The notes below the pieces were generated by a model. That model had not been told where the DNA came from. It made no database searches and saw only the letters and a program-made list of their open reading frames with translations. This document shows, in pieces, positions 21,317-30,572 of a stretch of 43,337 bases of DNA; the first letter of the stretch is position 1; each line of letters begins with the position of its first letter. A program made the translations under genes and the position numbers. This stretch comes from Sulfurospirillum sp. (GTDB taxonomy: Bacteria > Campylobacterota > Campylobacteria > Campylobacterales > QNZT01), in the NCBI GenBank assembly GCA_024762875.1, contig JANTGR010000001.1, positions 1 through 43,337 on the forward strand, read 5' to 3'.

Positions 21317-21822
21317 TTATTTCCCCACCCATGCATTTTTTGTGCCCCTAGTATCTGATAATTTTCAAAAGTATTTTCTATAGGATTGGTAGCGACATAG
21401 TTATGCGCAATGAGTTTCTCTTCCAATTCACTTATGTTTTCATCCTGTTCAATGATAAAAAACACTTTACCTGCATTTTTACTGACAGGATATAATTTTT
21501 TAAAAAAGAGTGGCTCTTCTTCAATCTCTTTGAGAGGAAGATGTATAAAAATAAAATCATAGACTCTTGCTTGGCGATTATATCTTTTTTTATGAAAATC
21601 AAAGTGTTCAGAAGCGTAGGGTGTTGTCTGATTGATATATTGGCAATAGTCTAAATTGGGTATGAGCAAATCATAATTGTAGCCCATCTGCTGTGATAAA
21701 TTATAAAGTGAAGCGCATAATCCCTGGCATGATGATGTTAAATGAAAGATATCCAGGATAGGATAATTTCGAGGTATGATGGTTAGAAGATCATCTATCT
21801 CTTCTTGCTTGATTGTTTGCAT
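21313..21822 (-). CDS. Hypothetical protein, possibly degenerate methyltransferase-like fold
   Basis: 169-aa ORF from ATG at 21822 with AAAGGT RBS; YDFIFIHL and FFKKLYPVSKNAGKVFFI segments; C-terminus KMHGWGNK. Confidence 0.75.
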   Translation of the reverse strand: MQTIKQEEIDDLLTIIPRNYPILDIFHLTSSCQGLCASLYNLSQQMGYNYDLLIPNLDYCQYINQTTPYASEHFDFHKKRYNRQARVYDFIFIHLPLKEIEEEPLFFKKLYPVSKNAGKVFFIIEQDENISELEEKLIAHNYVATNPIENTFENYQILGAQKMHGWGNK

Positions 21823-21841
21823 AGTGTTACCTTTTTTTTTA

Positions 21842-21857
21842 ATCACCGTACGGTGAT
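21842..21857. promoter_or_regulatory. Perfect 16-bp palindrome in divergent promoter region
   Basis: ATCACCGTACGGTGAT; -10 boxes at 21861-21866 (minus) and 21898-21903 (plus, TGn-extended). Confidence 0.5.
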
Positions 21858-21925
21858 AACATTATAGTGATAAAACTTGAATTTCACAATTATTTGTTAT
21901 AATCAGTAAAATTAAGGAGCTGAAT

Positions 21926-23290
21926 GTGTTTAATTTTATCAAAAAGATCGAACTTCCTTTTAAAATACCTACACCTTCAAAGAAAATAAGAGTAGCTGTT
22001 ACAGGGCTGAGCCGCAGTGGTAAAACAGTATTTTTAACATCATTGATCAATCAGCTTCTGGCCAATGATAAATTGCATTATCTCAATGAAAAACTGCAGC
22101 GCCCTTTTGTGGCAAAACTGTTGCCGCCTGATTCACATTATGCGCGGTTTGATTATTTTTCAAAGCTCAGAGAATTCAGAAAAAAAAATCCAACCTGGCC
22201 TAAAGCGACAAAACAAGTCAGTAAAACAACACTGCAATTAGAGTTTAAAAGTGATTATGCCTTTTTTGACAATCAAATCATTGAAATTGAATTGATAGAT
22301 TATCCGGGTGAATGGCTATTGGATCTTTCTATGCTTGAGTTGGATTTTGAAAGTTGGTCCAAAGAGATAATGACTATGGCAAAAGAACCTAAACGGGTAA
22401 AATATGCACATGAATGGCTTATCATGATAGAAGATTTAGCATTGTATGAAGCCTCTGATGCCAGTGGTGATGAGGCACTGTTTGATCTTTATTGTGAGTA
22501 TTTAAAAGATTTGCATTATAATCATTTTTCTTTTGTACAGCCTGGTCGTTTTCTGGAACCTGGAGATATGGATGGTGATCCCTTGCTGCATTTTTGTCCG
22601 CTTCCTTTGCACATTCCTAGAGAAGAGGTTGACCCAAACTCTTTTTATGCCCGTTTTGAAAAGCGTTACAATGGCTATCTTGAAGCCGTAGTCAAGCGCT
22701 TGTATGTAGAACATTTTAAATACTTTGATACACAAATCGTACTGGTTGATCTGGTGAAAACTTTACAGTACGGGTATAACAGTTTTTTGGATATGCATCT
22801 CTCATTCAAACATATTTTAAAAAGTTTTACCTATGGACATAACAGTTTTGTGAGTAAATGGTTTGGTGTCAAAATTGACCACGTTATTTTTGCAGCGACC
22901 AAAGCGGACTATATACCTCCTCCGCAGCATAATAGTTATAAACATCTCCTTGAAGAGATGATCGGGGATTTGAAAAATGAGCTTAATGTCCAGCATACCG
23001 ATACAGAAGTGACTATATTTGCAGCTGTTAAATGTACCGAGTATGTAAAAGCACTCTATCAGGGTGAAGAGTTGGAATGTGTGAGAGGTATTGTAGAGGG
23101 AGAAGAGAAACCTTCTACCCATTTTCCCGGTAAACTGCCGCAGCATTATAGTGATGAGACTTTTTGGAAAGATAGCAAATTTGATTTTCCACCATTTAAA
23201 CCCATTGTATTTCCGGCGCGTGATGTGGAAGCAGTACCACATATCAGGATGGACAGGGTTATTTATAGTATATTAAAGGATAGAGTATGA
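21926..23290 (+). CDS. ycjX: YcjX family Ras-like GTP-binding protein
   Basis: VAVTGLSRSGKTVF, DYPGEWLLDL, VQPGRFL, FAATKAD, PHIRMD. Confidence 0.93.
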   Translation: MFNFIKKIELPFKIPTPSKKIRVAVTGLSRSGKTVFLTSLINQLLANDKLHYLNEKLQRPFVAKLLPPDSHYARFDYFSKLREFRKKNPTWPKATKQVSKTTLQLEFKSDYAFFDNQIIEIELIDYPGEWLLDLSMLELDFESWSKEIMTMAKEPKRVKYAHEWLIMIEDLALYEASDASGDEALFDLYCEYLKDLHYNHFSFVQPGRFLEPGDMDGDPLLHFCPLPLHIPREEVDPNSFYARFEKRYNGYLEAVVKRLYVEHFKYFDTQIVLVDLVKTLQYGYNSFLDMHLSFKHILKSFTYGHNSFVSKWFGVKIDHVIFAATKADYIPPPQHNSYKHLLEEMIGDLKNELNVQHTDTEVTIFAAVKCTEYVKALYQGEELECVRGIVEGEEKPSTHFPGKLPQHYSDETFWKDSKFDFPPFKPIVFPARDVEAVPHIRMDRVIYSILKDRV

Positions 23291-24297
23291 AAAAAACCCC
23301 TGGTCGTATCTTGGATGAGAAAGAAAAAAAAGTTCAAAAAGAAGCGTTGGCTCCAGGCAGGATAGACGATGAAAGTGTGATTTATGAAGATATAGAATCG
23401 ATGGAACAGGAACGGATCACGGCTATCAAAGGGATAGGAACTTTTGCCAAAAAGAGCATGTTGGTACTGGGACTGCTTTTTTCTATCATGATAATTGGCA
23501 CAATATATGATGCCACAATGAGTGCATCCTCCATGCTTCAAAATACACCTTTTGTTGGTATCATCTATCTGGTACTGCTTTTTTCGTTGATTGGAATCAT
23601 AGGGATTTCTATCATCAAACAGTTTTTGGGATATAGAAAGATCAGGCGCATAGATATGTTACAACAAAGAGGCGAAACACTGTTGAAATCACCGGATAAA
23701 GAGGTACTGGTCTATGCCAAGGAAGTGCTCAAACCCTATCTTGATCATGATAATCCAGATATTGTCCAAAAAGCTATTTTACTGAATGATGAAATAGAGA
23801 CACTGATGTATGATGAAGTTTTGGAACGAATTGATGAAAAACTACTGCAGCCTCTGGATAAGTTGGCGCGTGAAAGTATCGTGAAATATGCCAATCAGAC
23901 TGCACTGTCAACGGCAATTTCTCCCGTTGCACTTATTGATGCTGTATTGATACTTTCACGTGCGCATGTGATGGTACATGATATCGCTAAAATATATGGA
24001 TATCGTCCTAATTTATTAGGGGAGATTTCCTTGTTTAAAAAAGTTTTTGTGACATTGGCATTTGCTTCTGTCACAGATATTCTGGCCAATCATTCTCATG
24101 ATATTTTAGGGACATCGCTTATCTCCAAACTCTCTGTCCATGGTGCACAGGGAGTGGCAAACGGGATCTTGATTGCCCGTGTGGGAATAGGGACAATCAA
24201 ATCATGCAGACCATTGCATTATGAAGATAAAAACGAAGGGTTTTTAAAAAGTTTGACCAAAGTTATTTCTCAGGCTATGTTTACTAAAAATAGATGA
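23287..24297 (+). CDS. ycjF: YcjF family (DUF697) membrane protein
   Basis: Two N-terminal TM helices, TAISPVALID, IAKIYG, AQGVANGILIARVG...CRP; overlaps ycjX stop. Confidence 0.88.
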   Translation: MKKTPGRILDEKEKKVQKEALAPGRIDDESVIYEDIESMEQERITAIKGIGTFAKKSMLVLGLLFSIMIIGTIYDATMSASSMLQNTPFVGIIYLVLLFSLIGIIGISIIKQFLGYRKIRRIDMLQQRGETLLKSPDKEVLVYAKEVLKPYLDHDNPDIVQKAILLNDEIETLMYDEVLERIDEKLLQPLDKLARESIVKYANQTALSTAISPVALIDAVLILSRAHVMVHDIAKIYGYRPNLLGEISLFKKVFVTLAFASVTDILANHSHDILGTSLISKLSVHGAQGVANGILIARVGIGTIKSCRPLHYEDKNEGFLKSLTKVISQAMFTKNR

Positions 24298-24382
24298 TTA
24301 TTATAATTAAAACTTATCTATCTTTAATCTTTTTTTTATTTAATATGGATATAATAAGGTATATATATTATAAGGAGTTTTT

Positions 24383-24778
24383 ATGAAAAAAATTGTTGTG
24401 TCATTGGTACTTTTGGGTTCTACTATTTTTGCAGATTACACCAAAGAAGACAGAATAGCAGATATGCAGGCTATGGAAAAGGGTATGGCTGATATCCAGA
24501 AAGGTTTTTTATATAACAGTAATGATTTGATTCAAAAAGGTGTTGCGACAGTACGAAACCATGCGTTAACACTGCAGCCTCCTAGAATCGGTGAACAATT
24601 TTCTCCAGATCAGCAATATGCATTTATGTTTGCCAGAAAACAGCAAAGAAAGATTGACTCTCATGCAGCCAAAGTAGGTATCAAGTTTGCCAAGGGTGAC
24701 AAATATCAGGCAATGCAAGAGTATACTAAAATCCTAAAACAGTGTACCGCCTGCCACATCAAACTCAGAAAGTGGTAA
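24383..24778 (+). CDS. Periplasmic monoheme class II (c'-like, four-helix) cytochrome c
   Basis: Sec signal peptide, helical sequence, single C-terminal CTACH motif. Confidence 0.8.
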   Translation: MKKIVVSLVLLGSTIFADYTKEDRIADMQAMEKGMADIQKGFLYNSNDLIQKGVATVRNHALTLQPPRIGEQFSPDQQYAFMFARKQQRKIDSHAAKVGIKFAKGDKYQAMQEYTKILKQCTACHIKLRKW

Positions 24779-24786
24779 TCAATCTA

Positions 24787-24812
24787 CAGGAGAGAATATT
24801 TTTTCTCTCCTG
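24787..24812 (+). terminator. Stem-loop after cytochrome c gene
   Basis: CAGGAGAGAA-N6-TTCTCTCCTG. Confidence 0.65.
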
Positions 24813-24895
24813 GAAGGTACTCTGATATAAATAATTAAATTTTCTACATAAAAAATTCTACTTGTTAATTATTCATTCCTTTTTCCCAATAAATG

Positions 24896-24922
24896 TAAAA
24901 TTATTTATCAAATAGCCGATAT
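24896..24922 (+). promoter_or_regulatory. Sigma28 (FliA) promoter
   Basis: TAAA (24896-24899)-N15-GCCGATAT (24915-24922), canonical spacing. Confidence 0.75.
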
Positions 24923-24954
24923 TTAGGTTATATAAAAATTACAAAGGGAATGTT

Positions 24955-26529
24955 GTGGCAATTGGGGATATCAATACAATCGAAGCAGGCACAAGCAAAG
25001 ATTCACACTTTAAATCAACACAAGAGAGCAAAAAGCTTAAAAAATTAAATAAAATATTGGTAATCAGTAAAAATAGTTCTGATATTTATATGGTGAAAAA
25101 ATATCTGCCAAAAAGTGACGGATATAAGATTCATGAAGCTTCAACAGCCAGTGCGGCACTTAAAGTGATGCATTATCTCAATTTGGATTTAATCATTGTG
25201 GATGATAAACTGGATGATATTGACGGGTATGAGATGATTGAGAAATTAAATCATATGGATATTGTAAAAGATATACCTAAGATATTGCTTTTAACACAAG
25301 ATTACAAAACCGAGAAAAAAGAGAGTTTTGTCTGTGCCAATCTTGATTATGTGAAAAAACCGCTGGATAAAGTGATCTTTAGAATCAGGGTCAAACATTT
25401 GATTGAAAATTCCAAACAGGGTTATGCCAAAAAAAGTTATTTCAAGCAATTGTCAGTCAAAAAGATAGAAGAAGCACAGGAATATCTCACAATTTATCAA
25501 GATATATTTGAATATGGTGAAGATATCATGTGCCTATATGACAGTCAGTGTGGAGAAATTGTTGAATCCAATCAAAAATTTGAAAAGTTTTTTTTAAATT
25601 TGACATTATTTAATCGTATCATTTCTAATCCGAGATTAGCAAGAAAATTTGTTCCAGTGATGGAAGAAGCCAATTATTTGAACTATTATGCACCAGAAGA
25701 GTGGATGCAAACGTTGATTGCAAGTTGTGATTTCAACTATTTGGTCAAACTGCAAAGAGATTATAAAGAGTATAGCTTTAATATCGCAGTCAAAAAGTTA
25801 GTGCTGTTGAATCGGGATGTTTATTTGATAAAATTATCCAATATATATGATTATCTACCTAAAAAGAGTCATAAAAAGGTAGATTCAAGCTTGGTACTGA
25901 AAGAAAAAAACCTGGCATCATTTAAAGATGATTTTATTGCATTAAGAGATAACTTGAGATTACAAAATATTGAAAATCCCACTATTGAAAAAAACTTATA
26001 TCAACTCAGCACCAAGCTTTCTATACTGTGTGATGATGTCTCGATTGTGCAGGATTTTAAAAAAGAGAAGCAGGTCAATCTTTTTTTCACCATCGCTCAA
26101 TTGTTAAAAGAAAAATTTGTAAACAAACATATTTATCTCAATAATTACAAAGTAGATACCCTATTTGATGAAAATAGTGAAGAAATTATCGTTTCTTTAG
26201 ATGTTAATCTTATTCTGGAGACGATTGAAGGCATTTTAAATAATTATTACAGCGGTGTATTTTCTGATGAAAGCAGAGCCAAGAGAGTGGATATCTCTGT
26301 CGTTAAAAATGAGACAGAACTGGCACTGGAACTAAAAATAGAAGAAGAGAGAGCAACAAATCACTCTTTAACGCAAAGAATATTTTCAAAAAGCAGTGAA
26401 AATGATTTGGGAGAGAGGGATGAGACTTTACCAAAAAGAATCAAACAGTCTCTAACACAACTGAAGGCCACAATCAATAAATATGATGAAAATGGGGTGC
26501 AGATTTTCAAAATTGTAATCCCATTGTAA
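24955..26529 (+). CDS. Atypical receiver + PAS-like + degenerate histidine-kinase-like protein
   Basis: REC: DLIIVD..DGYE..DIP..LLT..DYVKKP; PAS-like IVESNQKFEKFF; C-terminal ILNN...RIFS...GVQIFKIVIPL without G boxes; GTG start after AAAGGGA. Confidence 0.75.
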   Translation: MAIGDINTIEAGTSKDSHFKSTQESKKLKKLNKILVISKNSSDIYMVKKYLPKSDGYKIHEASTASAALKVMHYLNLDLIIVDDKLDDIDGYEMIEKLNHMDIVKDIPKILLLTQDYKTEKKESFVCANLDYVKKPLDKVIFRIRVKHLIENSKQGYAKKSYFKQLSVKKIEEAQEYLTIYQDIFEYGEDIMCLYDSQCGEIVESNQKFEKFFLNLTLFNRIISNPRLARKFVPVMEEANYLNYYAPEEWMQTLIASCDFNYLVKLQRDYKEYSFNIAVKKLVLLNRDVYLIKLSNIYDYLPKKSHKKVDSSLVLKEKNLASFKDDFIALRDNLRLQNIENPTIEKNLYQLSTKLSILCDDVSIVQDFKKEKQVNLFFTIAQLLKEKFVNKHIYLNNYKVDTLFDENSEEIIVSLDVNLILETIEGILNNYYSGVFSDESRAKRVDISVVKNETELALELKIEEERATNHSLTQRIFSKSSENDLGERDETLPKRIKQSLTQLKATINKYDENGVQIFKIVIPL

Positions 26530-26621
26530 ATTTTACTATACATTTCATAGGTATATTATAAAAAATTTCATATAATGCCTTCATTGTTTAGGATTTTTAA
26601 CTTTGAAGGCGATCTACCTCT

Positions 26622-28604
26622 ATGAAAACTTTTAATATCAGATATAGAAGTATAGAAAAATTAAAAGATTTTCTAGAAAATAACCGCCTGCATCATCAGC
26701 CTAATTTACTGGTTCAAATATTTACTGCGTATCAATCTCCCACGAAAGTTTTACCGATTATCGAAGCATTGCAAACAGCTTTACCCCATGCTGTGATTAT
26801 AGGATGCAGTACAGATGGTGAGATCATAGAGGGAAAATTATTAACGGGCAATACAGTCATTTCAATCACAGAATTTGAAAAAAGCAGGGTGGAGCTTTGC
26901 TATTTTGAAGAGAATAAAGATGCCTTTGAAAAGGGGCAGAAATTAGCAAAGAGAGTGGTCAAAAAAGATACAAAAGCAGTGATTTTGCTAGCTGCATTTG
27001 ATGCACTGAATGCCCAGGAACTTCTTGATGGGCTTTATCATGACAGGCCAAATCCGCAATTGGTTATCAGCGGTGCTTTGGCCGGTGATAATGGCAAATT
27101 CAAAAGCAGTTTTGTTTTTGCCGGTACGCAAGTCTCATCTTCAGGTATTGCGGCAGTGGGGATCAGTGGTGAGAGCTTGCAGGCAACTAATTACTATAGT
27201 CATGACTGGGATCCTGTATCGAGAGAGTTCAAAGTCGATGAAGTGATAGGTAATCATGTCATGCGTATTGATGGTAAACCTGCTAAAACACTTTATAATA
27301 ACTACATCGGTTCATATAGTGAACATAAACTGCCTTATTATTCGCTGCAGTTTCCATTTGTAACGAAGCGGGCAGGGCGGGTGATTTCAAAATTGGCTAT
27401 TGACGATCCTGATGATGGTTCTTTGGTATTTACATCCAACCTTAAAAAGGGTGAAATCCTGCAAATCGCTTTTGCCAATATTGATAAAATTGACGCCAAT
27501 ATAGAGAAGAGTTGTGATTTTATCACGCATCAGCCAGTGGAGACCCTATTTATCTATGCTTCCAGTGCCAGAAGACGTTTTTTAGAACATTTTTGTCATA
27601 AAGAGATAGAAACATTGAAGAAAATAGCCACAACCAGTGGTTTTTTTGGTTATAGCGAATTTTTTGCCAATAGTGGACAGTGTAATTTACTAAGCCAGAG
27701 TATGTCTATACTGATTTTGTCTGAAAATACCAAGATAGAGGCTATCACTACAAAAACGCTGCATGCAAAAGAGACAAACTCTCTTGATTATAAGACGATG
27801 CAGGTGTTGAGCAATATCGCGCAGGTCTCTTCTTCTGAATTGCAGGAGTTGAATAAAAAGCTGGAACAGCGGGTACGGGAGGGCATACGCAATAACCGTA
27901 AAAAAGACTCTATCATGATACACAATAGCAAATTGGCACAACTGGGAGAGATGATGGGTCTGATCGCCCATCAGTGGCGACAGCCGCTCTCTGCCATTTC
28001 CGCTACGGCAACAGGGATGCAGGTCAAGTTTGAACTCGATTCATGGACACCTGAATATGTCGAATCATCACTCTCCAATATTGAAGAATATGTACTGCAT
28101 TTATCGAAAACAATTGACGATTTTACCAATTTTTTCAAACCTACCAAGAAAAAAGAATCCATTCAAGTACGTGAAATTATCAAAAAAGCACTTTTTATCA
28201 TGTCACCGCTTCTTACCAAAGACAATATTTTGGTCATTAAAAAATACCACTCACAAAACAGTATCCTCACTTATCCAAATGAAGTGGTGCAAGTGGTATT
28301 GAACCTGATCAAAAATGCTGATAATGCTTTGAAAAAAAGAGCCATTGCCACACCGGAAATATACATCAATGAATATGAAAAAGAGGGTAAAAATATCATT
28401 GAAATTTCTGACAATGCCGGAGGGATTGATACAAAAATTATTGATAAAATATTTGAACCTTACTTTTCTACAAAAAATAGTGACAATTCGATGGGACTGG
28501 GACTTTATATGTCAAAATTCATTATTGAAGAGAGCTGTGGTGGCCGTCTTGATGTCGAAAATAGTGAGAGTGGCGCAAAATTTACTATCATGATAAAGAG
28601 TTAA
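26622..28604 (+). CDS. Cytoplasmic FIST-domain sensor histidine kinase
   Basis: FIST (IIGCSTDGEI, GALAGD), FIST_C (SARR, GFFGYSE), H-box IAHQWRQPL, N-box NLIKNA, DNAGG, IFEPYFSTK, GLGLY. Confidence 0.9.
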   Translation: MKTFNIRYRSIEKLKDFLENNRLHHQPNLLVQIFTAYQSPTKVLPIIEALQTALPHAVIIGCSTDGEIIEGKLLTGNTVISITEFEKSRVELCYFEENKDAFEKGQKLAKRVVKKDTKAVILLAAFDALNAQELLDGLYHDRPNPQLVISGALAGDNGKFKSSFVFAGTQVSSSGIAAVGISGESLQATNYYSHDWDPVSREFKVDEVIGNHVMRIDGKPAKTLYNNYIGSYSEHKLPYYSLQFPFVTKRAGRVISKLAIDDPDDGSLVFTSNLKKGEILQIAFANIDKIDANIEKSCDFITHQPVETLFIYASSARRRFLEHFCHKEIETLKKIATTSGFFGYSEFFANSGQCNLLSQSMSILILSENTKIEAITTKTLHAKETNSLDYKTMQVLSNIAQVSSSELQELNKKLEQRVREGIRNNRKKDSIMIHNSKLAQLGEMMGLIAHQWRQPLSAISATATGMQVKFELDSWTPEYVESSLSNIEEYVLHLSKTIDDFTNFFKPTKKKESIQVREIIKKALFIMSPLLTKDNILVIKKYHSQNSILTYPNEVVQVVLNLIKNADNALKKRAIATPEIYINEYEKEGKNIIEISDNAGGIDTKIIDKIFEPYFSTKNSDNSMGLGLYMSKFIIEESCGGRLDVENSESGAKFTIMIKS

Positions 28605-28664
28605 CTTTGCATTAATGAAGTAGCGTTATAGTATGATTTTAAAAAATTAATTTAAGGATAAAGA

Positions 28665-29474
28665 ATGAAAAAATATTTATTGGGTGGTGCTGTTGCACTC
28701 TCTTTACTGGCAACAACTGTATCAGCAAAAACATATGCAACGGTCAATGGTGATAAAATAGAAGATGGTGATATCGCAGCAATATTGTCTGTGGTTCCTG
28801 GTGCACGACTTGATACTTTAAAAAAAGATCAACAAAAAAAGGTGATTGAGCAGGCAGTTGAAAAGCATCTTTTAGCACAACAGGCGATGAAATCTGGAAT
28901 TGAAAAAGAAAAAATTTATCAAACTACTTTAGAAAAAATGAAAAAAGATTTGGCACTTGAAATTTGGATGAAAAAACAGTTTGACGCACAAAAAGTGACG
29001 GATGCTGAAATGAAAGATTTTTACAAGAAAAATGCAAAAATGTTCAAACAGCCGGATATGGCAAAAGCAAAACATATACTGGTAAAAACAGAGGCAGAAG
29101 CCAAAAAAATCATTGCCGAGTTGAACAAGGCGAAAGATGTTAAGAAAACATTTATTAAATTAGCTGCTGCAAAATCAACAGGCCCTTCAGGTCCAAATGG
29201 TGGTGAACTGGGTTGGTTTGATCGTTCAAAGATGGTAAAACCTTTTGCCGATGCAGCATTTGCACTGAAAAAGGGAACTTTTACAAAAAAACCGGTTAAA
29301 ACACAATTTGGTTATCATGTAATTTATGTTGAAGATAAGAAAAAAGCGCAAAATGTTCCTTTTGCAAAAGCAAAGAAAAATATCGAACAATCACTGAAAG
29401 TACAAAAATTTCAAGCACATATGAAAGAAGTTTCTAAAGGGTTAAAAGCAAAAGCCGATATTAGTTATAAATAA
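28665..29474 (+). CDS. Periplasmic parvulin-type peptidyl-prolyl isomerase (Peb4/Cbf2-like)
   Basis: Signal peptide, [22 protein letters not shown]; upstream of fba as in Campylobacter. Confidence 0.92.
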   Translation: MKKYLLGGAVALSLLATTVSAKTYATVNGDKIEDGDIAAILSVVPGARLDTLKKDQQKKVIEQAVEKHLLAQQAMKSGIEKEKIYQTTLEKMKKDLALEIWMKKQFDAQKVTDAEMKDFYKKNAKMFKQPDMAKAKHILVKTEAEAKKIIAELNKAKDVKKTFIKLAAAKSTGPSGPNGGELGWFDRSKMVKPFADAAFALKKGTFTKKPVKTQFGYHVIYVEDKKKAQNVPFAKAKKNIEQSLKVQKFQAHMKEVSKGLKAKADISYK

Positions 29475-29492
29475 TATTTAAGGATTTTCCAA

Positions 29493-30572
29493 ATGAGCAA
29501 AAGAGTATTAGATCATCTATCTGCCGGTGTGATTACCGGTGATGATATGCAGAAGCTTTTTGAGATAGCAAAAGAAGAAGAATTTGCTATCCCTGCAGTC
29601 AATGTTGTAGGCACCGATTCTGTCAATGCTGTGATGGAAGCGGCAAAAGTTGCCAATTCACCTGTTATTATCCAGTTTTCAAATGGAGGGGCAGCATTTT
29701 ATGCTGGAAAAGGTTTGAGCAATGAAGATGAAAAAGCAGCCATTTTGGGTGCTATTTCAGGAGCCAAACATGTGCATACTTTGGCAGAGGCTTATGGTGT
29801 GCCTGTGATATTGCATACAGATCATGCTGCTAAAAAACTCTTGCCGTGGATTGATGGTTTACTCGAAGCGAGTGAAGTGCATTTTAAAGAGACAGGAAAA
29901 CCGCTTTTTAGCTCACATATGTTAGATCTGAGTGAAGAGAGTTTGGAAGAGAATCTCAGTATTTGTGAAAGTTATCTGAAGCGGATGAGTAAAATTGGCA
30001 TGACGCTGGAAATTGAGCTTGGTATCACCGGTGGAGAAGAAGATGGTGTAGATAACTCAGACATTGACAACTCTCTTCTTTATACGCAGCCTGAGGAAGT
30101 GTGTGAAGCTTATGAAAGGCTTTCTGCTATCAGTGATAAATTTACTATTGCTGCTTCTTTTGGGAATGTACATGGTGTGTATAAGCCAGGCAATGTATCA
30201 CTGCAGCCAAAGATACTGGACAATTCACAAAAGTATATTGCACAAAAGCATGCACTGGCTGATAAACCTGTTAATTTTGTTTTTCATGGTGGAAGCGGTT
30301 CGGATGAAAGAGATATCAAGGAAGCGATCTCTTATGGTGTGATCAAGATGAATATCGATACAGATACGCAATGGGCATTTTGGGATGGTGTCCGTGTGTA
30401 TGAGATGAAAAACCGTGATTATCTGCAGGGACAGATTGGTAACTCTGAAGGAGATGATAAACCTAACAAGGGATATTATGATCCAAGAAAGTGGCTAAGA
30501 GAAGGTGAAAAATCTGTTGTAGCCCGTCTGCAGCAGGCATACTTTGATTTAAACTGTATTGATCGCAACTAA
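29493..30572 (+). CDS. fbaA: Class II fructose-bisphosphate aldolase
   Basis: HTDH, FSSHMLDLS, GGEEDG, FGNVHG, FHGGSGS, YDPRKW. Confidence 0.98.
   Translation: MSKRVLDHLSAGVITGDDMQKLFEIAKEEEFAIPAVNVVGTDSVNAVMEAAKVANSPVIIQFSNGGAAFYAGKGLSNEDEKAAILGAISGAKHVHTLAEAYGVPVILHTDHAAKKLLPWIDGLLEASEVHFKETGKPLFSSHMLDLSEESLEENLSICESYLKRMSKIGMTLEIELGITGGEEDGVDNSDIDNSLLYTQPEEVCEAYERLSAISDKFTIAASFGNVHGVYKPGNVSLQPKILDNSQKYIAQKHALADKPVNFVFHGGSGSDERDIKEAISYGVIKMNIDTDTQWAFWDGVRVYEMKNRDYLQGQIGNSEGDDKPNKGYYDPRKWLREGEKSVVARLQQAYFDLNCIDRN

Noticed and set aside
29454-29461. GCCGATAT upstream of fbaA as a sigma28 promoter
   Set aside because: Lies within the PPIase coding end, the nearest TAAA is only 7 nt away, and fbaA is an unlikely FliA target.
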